Positions 10,051 to 18,437 of a stretch of DNA of 33,504 bases are shown here, one piece after another (within the stretch, counting starts at the first letter, position 1; each line of letters begins with the position of its first letter). Both the position numbers and the translations under genes were made by a program. The notes under the pieces were generated by a model. The model saw only the letters and a program-made list of their open reading frames with translations. It did not search any database and had not been told where the DNA came from. The stretch is from Fidelibacterota bacterium (GTDB lineage: Bacteria; Fidelibacterota; Marinisomatia; Marinisomatales; UBA1611): NCBI GenBank assembly GCA_038281125.1, contig JAYNUL010000001.1, forward strand, positions 27,114-60,617. The letters are read 5' to 3'.

Positions 10051-13000
10051 TTATTTCATTAATAACATTTTTCCAGTCAAGATTCTGTTATCTGAAGTCA
10101 CCTTATAAAGGTATAAACCGGATGGTACCTTTTGCCCCTGAGTATTATTAGCGTTCCATTGAATAGCATATGTACCCGCAATTAATTCGCCATTCTGGAG
10201 TGTAATAACCTCATTACCCAAGACATTGTATACTGTCACATTTACTTTTGAAGTATAGTCTAAGTCAAAACGAAGAGTTGTGACAGGATTAAATGGGTTA
10301 GGATGATTTCCTCGCAAAGCAAACTCTTTTGGAGTAATAATTTGGTCTTCTTCAGAAGCAAGAGTACCAATCCATGGATTGTCTAGATTATTATCTCCAA
10401 AAGTAGTCTGCAGTACTACGGTACCGCTTGCATCTGTGTTGGTGTAAAATACCTTATCTGCACCAAAGCCAGCCTCATTGTCAAGAGCTCCATTATCTCC
10501 ACCCTCATTTTCAATGCCTGGATAATATGCACCTAATTTATAGGTGAATACATTCCCATGGCCTGCAGGCAATGTTAATGAACCCGTGAACACACCATCT
10601 CCATCAGGATCAGTGAGTCTAGGCACATCTGGAGACACTACAGTTGCACAAGATGATCCCATGCAATCACCCCATGTACACCAGCAGTTTAAGAACGATC
10701 CATTCATAATGAGTGTATCAGGATAACCAGTAAAATATTCACCAGTATTAACATTAATGGTATTTTCCATCCAAGTAGCATGGATCTCAACCATTACTTC
10801 ATTCTGCAATTCACCTATTGGAAGGATCGCTGGTTGATCAGCTTCAAGAACTATATCTTCTCCAGTGAATTCAAATGTTCTGTCTGCACCTGTTTCCCAT
10901 CCATTATTGTTAAAGTTTTCATCAGGATTCGCTTTAAACTTCCATGTATGCATACTACCAGGTACTGCAGATATTGATTTGGTGAACGAATAAAGATTCG
11001 GATCTAATAGGTCTTGTTCGAAAACATCACCGGCACTCCAACCATTTACTCCACCTCTAAGCTCTAAGAAATGAGTATTATCATCCCAACCTTGAGAAAG
11101 TAGTGTTGTCATATCTGCTTGAAAGGTGACATTCGCCTCAACAGGGTCGCCTCCACAGGTATAGCATGAGCTAAAGCAAAATGGTTCAGTCATGGAATCT
11201 TCTTCGCCAACTACGATGGTACGATCACCCCAGTTGTCTCCATCTCCACAACCTTCATTTGTCAAATTACCTCCATCTTCATACCCTGCATCATTACCAC
11301 CATTATTAAACTTGTAATAATGTTCTCCAATTGAAAGTGCCATCTTTACCATATAGATTGTTTCTTCTTCAGGTACCAGTGTCATCAACTGATAGTTATT
11401 GTGCCACTGACCACCCCCAAGAAAAATGCCTTCCGTTGCAACTGGTGTTTCTTCCATGTCTACATGAAACACAACATAAGATTCATCACAAGAAATACAC
11501 TCCCCGAAACATACAGGGTCAAGGACGGTATTCACATCAGGGACAATCAAAAATCTGTCACTCCCAAAACCACCTGCTCCACCACATACTGGATCGGTTA
11601 CACTTTCATCATTTCCCCATGAATTACCATTAATGTATTTAAAATAGACAGTATCTCCAGCATTTGCTTCAAAATCCACAGTGTAGATACCATCATTATC
11701 ATAGTCCATCAGCTCTGTTGCACTTGGGTCCCATCCTTGGAAACTTCCAGCTACATGAACACCATCTTCAGACACCTCATGGTTTGTCATATCTAGATTC
11801 AAAGTAATGGTACGAGGTAGGAAGGGGTTTGCAGTATTATTACTACCGAAAACAGTTTCCAACGCAACAGTCCCGCTCGCGTCAGTTGGTATATAAAAGA
11901 CTTTGTCTGCACCAAAGCCTGCCTCATTGTCAAGAGCTCCATTATCTCCACCCTCATTTTCAATGCCTGGATAATATGCACCTAATTTATAGGTGAATAC
12001 ATTCCCATGATTTGCAGGAAGACTCAAAGTACCAACATAGATACCATCTCCATCTGAATCTGTGAGTCTTGGAACATCAGGCGAGACCGGATCAGAGCAC
12101 GCGGATCCCATACAATTTCCCCAAGTAAACCAGCCACCGAGGAAAGATCCATTCATGATAAGTGTATCAGGTGTCATTGAAAATGGTTCACCGCTATTGG
12201 CATTTAATGTACCTTCCATCCAAGTTGCATGTATTTCTACTTCAACAGCGTTAGCTAAAGGACCTACAGGCAATATTGCAGGAACTTCAGGTTCAAGTAC
12301 CATATCCTCTCCAGTGAAATAAAATGCTCTGTCTGCACCTGTTTCCCATCCATTATTGTTAAAATTTTCATCAGGGTTAGCTTTGAACTTCCATGTATGC
12401 ATACTGTAAGGAACTGCAGTCACCTCCTTGGTGAATGAGTAAAGATTTGGGTCTAGCAAATCTTGCTCAAAAACATCACCCGCAGACCAGCCATTTAACC
12501 CACCTCTAAGTTCTAGGAAGTGAGTTAGATCATCCCAGCCCTGAGATATCAATACGCTCATGTCAGCCTGAAAGGTTACATTAGCAGTTACTGGCGTAAT
12601 GCATGTCATACAGGAACCAAAACAAAATGGTTCTGTCATAGAATCCATTTCACCAACAGAAACAGTGCGATCGCCCCAATTGTTTGGATCACCACAACCT
12701 TCTGCAGAAAGGTTATCACCACTTTCAAACCCTGCATCATTCGCACCATTACTAAACTTATAATAGTGATCTCCTACGGGAAGAGCGATTTTAATCATAT
12801 ACAATGTTTCTTCATCAGGGACCAAAGTCATTTGATGAAAATTTGGATAAAACACTCCACCACCAAGAAAGACACCTTCCTCTGAAACTTGTGTCTGTTC
12901 CATATCTACATGAAAAGTCACATAGGACTCATCGCAACCAATACATTCGCTAAAACATACTGGATCAAGTACCGTATCTTCATCAGGAACATCTAGAAAT

Positions 13001-13332
13001 CTGTCGCTACCAAATCCACCTGCTCCTCCACAGACGAGATCGCTAACGCTTTCATCATTTCCCCATGAATTTCCATTGATATATTTAAAATAGACTGTTT
13101 CATCTGTTACGCCTGACATATCAACAACGACGGTGTAAACACCATCACCATCATCATCTGCCAAGGGTGTAGCAGCTGGATCCCAGCCCTGAAAACTACC
13201 TGCAACATGAACTCCATCATCTGAAACGGTTACATTAGACATATCAACATTTAATGTAACGTTTACAGCAAAGAGAGATGAGGTCATGGCTAGTAGCATG
13301 ATTTTAGAAAAAATCTTAAAACGATTTATCAT
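10051..13332 (-). CDS. Secreted non-catalytic multi-module protein: 2 x 4 putative CBM20/CBM48-like beta-sandwich modules plus Por/T9SS-type C-terminal sorting domain
   Basis: Sec signal (..SSLFA). Modules start VT[L/F]xVDM..GVHVAGSFQGWDP..DGDGVY..YFKY; the whole ~483-aa block is duplicated. C-terminus NHPNPFNPVT...VYNVLG...W...G..VPSGLYLY...KMLLMK. No GH catalytic motif seen. SD-like GGAG 6 nt before ATG. Glucan binding is inferred from motif resemblance and context. Confidence 0.72.
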   Translation of the reverse strand: MINRFKIFSKIMLLAMTSSLFAVNVTLNVDMSNVTVSDDGVHVAGSFQGWDPAATPLADDDGDGVYTVVVDMSGVTDETVYFKYINGNSWGNDESVSDLVCGGAGGFGSDRFLDVPDEDTVLDPVCFSECIGCDESYVTFHVDMEQTQVSEEGVFLGGGVFYPNFHQMTLVPDEETLYMIKIALPVGDHYYKFSNGANDAGFESGDNLSAEGCGDPNNWGDRTVSVGEMDSMTEPFCFGSCMTCITPVTANVTFQADMSVLISQGWDDLTHFLELRGGLNGWSAGDVFEQDLLDPNLYSFTKEVTAVPYSMHTWKFKANPDENFNNNGWETGADRAFYFTGEDMVLEPEVPAILPVGPLANAVEVEIHATWMEGTLNANSGEPFSMTPDTLIMNGSFLGGWFTWGNCMGSACSDPVSPDVPRLTDSDGDGIYVGTLSLPANHGNVFTYKLGAYYPGIENEGGDNGALDNEAGFGADKVFYIPTDASGTVALETVFGSNNTANPFLPRTITLNLDMTNHEVSEDGVHVAGSFQGWDPSATELMDYDNDGIYTVDFEANAGDTVYFKYINGNSWGNDESVTDPVCGGAGGFGSDRFLIVPDVNTVLDPVCFGECISCDESYVVFHVDMEETPVATEGIFLGGGQWHNNYQLMTLVPEEETIYMVKMALSIGEHYYKFNNGGNDAGYEDGGNLTNEGCGDGDNWGDRTIVVGEEDSMTEPFCFSSCYTCGGDPVEANVTFQADMTTLLSQGWDDNTHFLELRGGVNGWSAGDVFEQDLLDPNLYSFTKSISAVPGSMHTWKFKANPDENFNNNGWETGADRTFEFTGEDIVLEADQPAILPIGELQNEVMVEIHATWMENTINVNTGEYFTGYPDTLIMNGSFLNCWCTWGDCMGSSCATVVSPDVPRLTDPDGDGVFTGSLTLPAGHGNVFTYKLGAYYPGIENEGGDNGALDNEAGFGADKVFYTNTDASGTVVLQTTFGDNNLDNPWIGTLASEEDQIITPKEFALRGNHPNPFNPVTTLRFDLDYTSKVNVTVYNVLGNEVITLQNGELIAGTYAIQWNANNTQGQKVPSGLYLYKVTSDNRILTGKMLLMK
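10372..13263 (-). repeat. Intragenic tandem duplication of ~1449 nt (copy 1 ~13263-11812; copy 2 ~11811-10372)
   Basis: Matching peptides in both halves (YFKYINGNSWGNDESV, WKFKANPDENFNNNGWETGADR, HGNVFTYKLGAYYPGIENEGGDNGALDNEAGFGADKVFY). Identical DNA at 10472-10560 = 11921-12009 and 10879-10914 = 12328-12363, both with offset 1449. Confidence 0.95.
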
Positions 13333-13359
13333 TTATTTCTCCATTGTGTTTTGATTATT

Positions 13360-13383
13360 TAGTGACTCTGAACAGAGACACTA
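13360..13383. promoter_or_regulatory. Palindromic candidate operator, copy 1 (upstream of the 1093-aa gene)
   Basis: TAGTGACTCTG-AA-CAGAGACACTA: 11-bp arms with 1 mismatch, 27 nt upstream of the start codon, and similar to the palindrome at 21883-21906. Confidence 0.65.
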
Positions 13384-13464
13384 TTTTTTTTAAGTAAAAT
13401 AATCAATTTATTATTTTAATAATATAAATAAGATATTTCTATATTTACAAAACAATTTTTGCAA

Positions 13465-14472
13465 CTATAGTGAGGTTGTAAGGGTTATTTTTTGTGGATC
13501 TCCTAATGGACCCATATCTAAAAAAGTATAGTCTATAAAATAATGTGAATTAGCTATCTTCAATTTTATTCCGCATCCAATTGAAAATCCCGCAACGCTA
13601 TCTCTTTGATAAACATTAGCTAATCCCGATCGAAGGAATAAGAATTCCTTAAATACAAGCTCAGAGCCAAGATTAATACTTTCAGTATTATCATTAGGAT
13701 GGAGAGCATCAGCAGCAACTAATATGGATAAATCGCTAGGTAAATCTTTTTTATAGGCCAATCCAAAACGAAAAATGAGTGGTAACTCATACGCATCTGT
13801 TGCAAAATTTGCATTAATGTTGATGGGGTCAGACTCAAGACTTGGATCGACCTCTGTCTGCAACAATAGGTCACGCCCTTCCATCTGCATCTTTGTGCCA
13901 TAATTTGAAATACTCATACCCATGGTTAATCCAGGAATTTGGGTATTATAGAGCGTACCAAGATCAAGGGCAAAGCCATTGGCCTTAGAATTATATATAC
14001 TCTCCCGTATTACCTTTGCAGTTACTCCAAATGAAAATCTATCAGTAAGAGATCTTGAAAAGGTAAGCTGACCCATCATAGACCCTGCGCTAAATTTTTC
14101 TCCTGTCCCCTCTGGATCTCTAGTGGTTGTTACTTCCATTTCACCCATGTGCATAGCACTTATTGCTGCGCCAAGTGTACCAAAAGGAGTTTTATAGGAC
14201 CCACCAATGAAGTCCAGGTCCACATCCATTATCCAATCTTGATGATCAAGTATAATTCCATTTTTCTTGCTTGAAGACAATCCAGCAGGGTTCCAATAGA
14301 GAGCGGTTACATCATTTGATACTGCAGAATACGCCCCACCCATTCCAAGAGCCCTTGCTCCTATTCCTATTTTAAGAAACTGTGCAGCGGTTGTCCCAGT
14401 CTTTGAAACAGTCTGCGACATCAGTGGAAAACAAAAGACTATAATAACTATTTTAGTTAAATGAAATTTCAT
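13465..14472 (-). CDS. PorV/PorQ-family (UPF0164, FadL-like) outer-membrane beta-barrel
   Basis: Signal peptide followed by the family hallmark GTTAAQFLKIGIGARALGMGGAYSAVSNDVTALYWNPAGL, then alternating amphipathic strands. ATGA overlap with the upstream gene. Confidence 0.85.
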   Translation of the reverse strand: MKFHLTKIVIIVFCFPLMSQTVSKTGTTAAQFLKIGIGARALGMGGAYSAVSNDVTALYWNPAGLSSSKKNGIILDHQDWIMDVDLDFIGGSYKTPFGTLGAAISAMHMGEMEVTTTRDPEGTGEKFSAGSMMGQLTFSRSLTDRFSFGVTAKVIRESIYNSKANGFALDLGTLYNTQIPGLTMGMSISNYGTKMQMEGRDLLLQTEVDPSLESDPININANFATDAYELPLIFRFGLAYKKDLPSDLSILVAADALHPNDNTESINLGSELVFKEFLFLRSGLANVYQRDSVAGFSIGCGIKLKIANSHYFIDYTFLDMGPLGDPQKITLTTSL

Positions 14473-17400
14473 TTTATTACTGCAAATTTTCCTAAGTGCG
14501 GTTTAAAATCATATGCCCCCTGCCCTAATGGCTCAACATGATAAAAGTAAATTCCATATGCAATATCTAGATTATCTTTCGTGAGCATATTCCACTCAAG
14601 TGACCCATCATCTAGGCTTGTATTATGTTCAAGAGTATTTACCAGCTCTCCAGATAGAGTAAATATTTGAATTCTGCATTGCGGGGGAAGATGATTAAAA
14701 TGTATGGAACGCGGACCTCTTCCATCGGCATATGGATTTTGCCCTTCCCAACTTGCTGCTACAATGTAAGGATTTGGCACAACTTTTATTTTTTGAGATG
14801 AACTAGTCAGCAAACTCTGGTCAAACGAAGCGCCTTTAGAAATGAATTCATAGATATCAAAACTTGAAAAAGGTTTCGTCGTGTATAAAGCTAATGTGTC
14901 ACCCAGCTTTGGCACATCAAGATTTGGGATATTGTCATGCCCGGGAGTCACATTCCAAGTCACAAAGGAGGTATCACCTACCCTCTCCATTAATATAATT
15001 CGGTCCGAATAAGAGAAGTGTCCTGGCCTCGCTAGTTCTAGCTTTAGTGCATAGTCCGAACCAAAAGGTGTCCCAGTAAATCCAAAATCTGACCAGGTTC
15101 CAATAACGGTGTCAATTATGTTAAAATAATCAAACTGATCTTCTCTTAAATAAAATTCACTATTAATAATAGAATCAAGTGGTATAGAGTCAGGAAGACC
15201 AGGTGCCTTACTGTAATAAGTCCATGTTCTATCAATGATTGCCATATCAATGCTTAAATCTTGGTTGTCTAGATCAATAACTTTGAAATTTGCCATGGAA
15301 GAGTCTATAGTTATTGACTGACCATTTTCCCGAACTAGATTAACAGAATTTGTGGAAAATATTGCAGAATCAGAAAAAACTAAACCATAATTCCTTGGAT
15401 AGGCAACACCCTGGGTCGCAATACCTCCAAAGCTAAATGGACTGAATGTAAAATCATAATCTGATTCAGATTCAGGATAAAAGTGAGAAAGGTCGCTGTC
15501 TACGCTAATGGTTTTCTGATTACTGATCTCTAAGACCATTCCATCAAACTGTCCCAGGTCACCATCAAGGTCAGAACTCCAGGGGACTACAGTATCTAGT
15601 TCGGTACTGTTTGTAACGTTTACAACCATGAATTCAGTTGTCAATGGCACAGCCTCATCTAGATCAAATATATCGAGGTTTGGTTCTCCAAGATCAGGGA
15701 CTCCGTTACCCTCGGTCATCTCACCTTTATCAAATTCTCCATTATTTTCCGTACCGAATGGATTATAATTATAGTCGTAGTCATCATTGTTGGGATCAGG
15801 ATTTTGTGCAGCGTCAAATCCATATTCTTGTTCATTACATAACCCATCTGCCCCACAATCATTCCAATTGTCTTGATTTTCATCACCCGCACCCGGGTTT
15901 GCATAGTCATTGCACCCACCAAGCCCATCCTCAAAATAATCCAAACAACCATCCATCCCCACATCGTGTGAATCATCTGACCAGTCTCCATCATCGTCAA
16001 CCAAGTTCATTCGGGTATCTTTAAAGTAAACCCGATAGATATTATTGTCTGGAATTTTAGAGGGATCAATGTTGTTTATTTTCATGGTTCCAGTGCCCAC
16101 AGGTGTTGAAACTGGGTAGACATCCTTTTCTTTAGGCGCTTCAACATAGCCAATTGCAGGAGCATCGGGGACAACGGTAATAACATTCTTGGCAGTAATT
16201 ACCTTACCACCTCGGTTCATAGTCACAAATTTTGATGTCTCTGCGGGCAGGATTTCTTTTTCAATAGAGCCGTGATCATAGGCAGTGACCGCGTAAAAAT
16301 ATCGATGCCCGTTAATTACATTTGTATCGGTCCAGGAATGAACTAAGCCTGAATTGCTACCAAGATAAAATTGTACCCCATCTACGTGTCCAGGATAGAA
16401 ATCTTGGTGCTCGTTAATCTTGTCATATTGTTTAATGGGGATATTAAACTTTGCAGTGCCAAATGCATCCGTTACCACTCCAGCATCAGTAAACTGAGTA
16501 TCAGTAGCTTTGTAAATTTTATACCCTTCAAAGTCATCTCCGGTAATCCTGTCAACAGATAGTTCCGCGTTATCGTCCCAATAAATTGTTACGTAACCGT
16601 CGCCTGAATAGGCCCATACGCTTGGTAGATCTGGTGCCTTTGCAAAATTATAGTTTTGATTATATATGGTCTGCACTGTCTGCTTATTGCGAACCAGGTC
16701 AGGAAGATTATCACCAAATAATAATGCAATAGAGAATCGTTCCGTAAGGTTTTTTCTTAGAGGAAAATATCCTGAACTAAATAGAAAGTCAGCATCTGTA
16801 TTGGAAATGGAATTGTTAAAATAACCGGGCAACATTTCCTCCCAGAGCCTAGGATCATCATTCATCTGTGGACCTACACCAAAATTGAAATAGTAGAAAC
16901 TTGAAAGACCTATTTGGTCCGATTCATCTACATCTGTTTTATCAATATTTGGCTCCCCAGGAAGGTCTGTACCCATTCCTGATGTTGGAAGGCCATCACC
17001 CTCTCCAAGGTCACCACTGCCTGGCATACCATCTATCCCTACATCATCCGTTGCCAGATTCCAGTCGCCATCATTGTCAATACCATCCTCCCTGCTCTCA
17101 TCAATGAGTCTATTATCCAGACCAATGCCAGTAAAATAGTCTATATATTTTAGACCATCTCCAGATAGAGCATCAAAATACAAGTAGGTGTCTTCAAACA
17201 CTCCAGGAGCTAACTCAATGGACGCTCCATTGTTCTCATCAATAAGACCGTTTAGATTATCATCAATCAGATTTCTGGGTATTTCTTCAAGGAGTTGACC
17301 TGGCATAAACAAATGCTCACTATTAGATTTTTGAATAGTAACACCAGCTGAGGGCATGGTTGCCAGAGTTCTCTCATATGTCTGGTAGTCAATCACAACA

Positions 17401-18437
17401 ACTGTATCACCAACTGCGAAAGAGCGGCTAGAAAATACCTCCTCTGAAAGAGTGAGCCCCGTTCCCTCAGATCCATCACCATCGTTATCTATCCCATCAT
17501 ATGGATTACCAGGACTCTCTAAAAATGCATAACCTGCAAGACCAACCGGTGACCAGCCACTGGATCCTATACCACCTAACCCTGTCTCTAAATCAGTTCC
17601 GTTATCATACGAAAATGCAATGTCATCTGATTTCTCAAAGTCAGCCCAGTCATCTCCGCTATCACCATCTCCGCCTGTAATTGTACCAACAATATAGCCA
17701 AATACCATTTTTTCCATATCATAATCGCTGATATTTTTAATATCATATAGCCAAAATAATACATCCTCTGCCAGTATATGATTCCACTGTAGTCCTCTCT
17801 GCGTACATCTAAGTCCCATCCCACGACGTTCAAGATCATTTGAATCCGGAAAATAAAAGAATTCTGCATCTTGCGCATCATCCATAACAAAATAGCTTTC
17901 CTGTTCTGCATTTTTCTGATCTTTACCAAAGTAACCATTCCAAGAACCTGCCCAACCCGGATCAAGGGGGTCATCTAGCTTATCTGGCCACTGATCTGGC
18001 CAGGTGTTTACATTTGCATTTTCACCATCAGAAGGCCCCATGTGGCTCATGGCAACTAATGGCGTATCTGGGTTACTATATCCTGGTAAAGGCTCCCAAC
18101 CCCAATGAGTATCAAGATTAAACTCACTTCCTCTAGGACTATCTATGGTAATTACGCTCTTTTTCTTAATATTATTTAGATCAACAAATTCTGTTCCCAC
18201 CATGTGTCCAACGTCACCAATATATTCATGGCCTGAGTTTATTGGCCATTCCCCGCCGATATCTTCTGGCTCACTTGTCCAGCGCCCTACCAGACCATAG
18301 TTATAGAATGTAGTTCTAATCTTGTTACCAGAGTGATCGTTTTTTGCTCTTGCGAGTGAATTTCCTTTTGGCCCACTAGCAAAAGCAATGCCCATTGATA
18401 GGAATAGAAGAGTAAATACGTATAAAAATCTTTTCAT
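14469..18437 (-). CDS. Large acidic secreted protein of unknown function (1322 aa) with Dx[D/N]xDG loops, an Fn3-like segment and a variant C-terminal sorting domain
   Basis: Sec signal with no lipobox Cys; many DGIDNDGD-type motifs; Fn3-like AP.LP...VTIYWD...FEGYKIYK...WTDTNVINGHRYFYAVTAYD; C-terminus IKVVPNPY...IQIFTLSGELV...W...IAYGIYFYHV...KFAVIK. Confidence 0.75.
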   Translation of the reverse strand: MKRFLYVFTLLFLSMGIAFASGPKGNSLARAKNDHSGNKIRTTFYNYGLVGRWTSEPEDIGGEWPINSGHEYIGDVGHMVGTEFVDLNNIKKKSVITIDSPRGSEFNLDTHWGWEPLPGYSNPDTPLVAMSHMGPSDGENANVNTWPDQWPDKLDDPLDPGWAGSWNGYFGKDQKNAEQESYFVMDDAQDAEFFYFPDSNDLERRGMGLRCTQRGLQWNHILAEDVLFWLYDIKNISDYDMEKMVFGYIVGTITGGDGDSGDDWADFEKSDDIAFSYDNGTDLETGLGGIGSSGWSPVGLAGYAFLESPGNPYDGIDNDGDGSEGTGLTLSEEVFSSRSFAVGDTVVVIDYQTYERTLATMPSAGVTIQKSNSEHLFMPGQLLEEIPRNLIDDNLNGLIDENNGASIELAPGVFEDTYLYFDALSGDGLKYIDYFTGIGLDNRLIDESREDGIDNDGDWNLATDDVGIDGMPGSGDLGEGDGLPTSGMGTDLPGEPNIDKTDVDESDQIGLSSFYYFNFGVGPQMNDDPRLWEEMLPGYFNNSISNTDADFLFSSGYFPLRKNLTERFSIALLFGDNLPDLVRNKQTVQTIYNQNYNFAKAPDLPSVWAYSGDGYVTIYWDDNAELSVDRITGDDFEGYKIYKATDTQFTDAGVVTDAFGTAKFNIPIKQYDKINEHQDFYPGHVDGVQFYLGSNSGLVHSWTDTNVINGHRYFYAVTAYDHGSIEKEILPAETSKFVTMNRGGKVITAKNVITVVPDAPAIGYVEAPKEKDVYPVSTPVGTGTMKINNIDPSKIPDNNIYRVYFKDTRMNLVDDDGDWSDDSHDVGMDGCLDYFEDGLGGCNDYANPGAGDENQDNWNDCGADGLCNEQEYGFDAAQNPDPNNDDYDYNYNPFGTENNGEFDKGEMTEGNGVPDLGEPNLDIFDLDEAVPLTTEFMVVNVTNSTELDTVVPWSSDLDGDLGQFDGMVLEISNQKTISVDSDLSHFYPESESDYDFTFSPFSFGGIATQGVAYPRNYGLVFSDSAIFSTNSVNLVRENGQSITIDSSMANFKVIDLDNQDLSIDMAIIDRTWTYYSKAPGLPDSIPLDSIINSEFYLREDQFDYFNIIDTVIGTWSDFGFTGTPFGSDYALKLELARPGHFSYSDRIILMERVGDTSFVTWNVTPGHDNIPNLDVPKLGDTLALYTTKPFSSFDIYEFISKGASFDQSLLTSSSQKIKVVPNPYIVAASWEGQNPYADGRGPRSIHFNHLPPQCRIQIFTLSGELVNTLEHNTSLDDGSLEWNMLTKDNLDIAYGIYFYHVEPLGQGAYDFKPHLGKFAVIK

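Noticed and set aside
10372-13263. Repeats as a CRISPR array or a diversity-generating retroelement TR/VR pair
   Set aside because: Both copies are in-frame coding modules of one protein. There is no spacer periodicity, no reverse transcriptase or cas gene, and no evident adenine-specific mismatch pattern.
14469-18437. Calling the 1322-aa protein SusD
   Set aside because: It has no lipoprotein Cys, is more than twice typical SusD length, looks beta/loop-rich rather than TPR-helical, and carries a C-terminal sorting-like domain.
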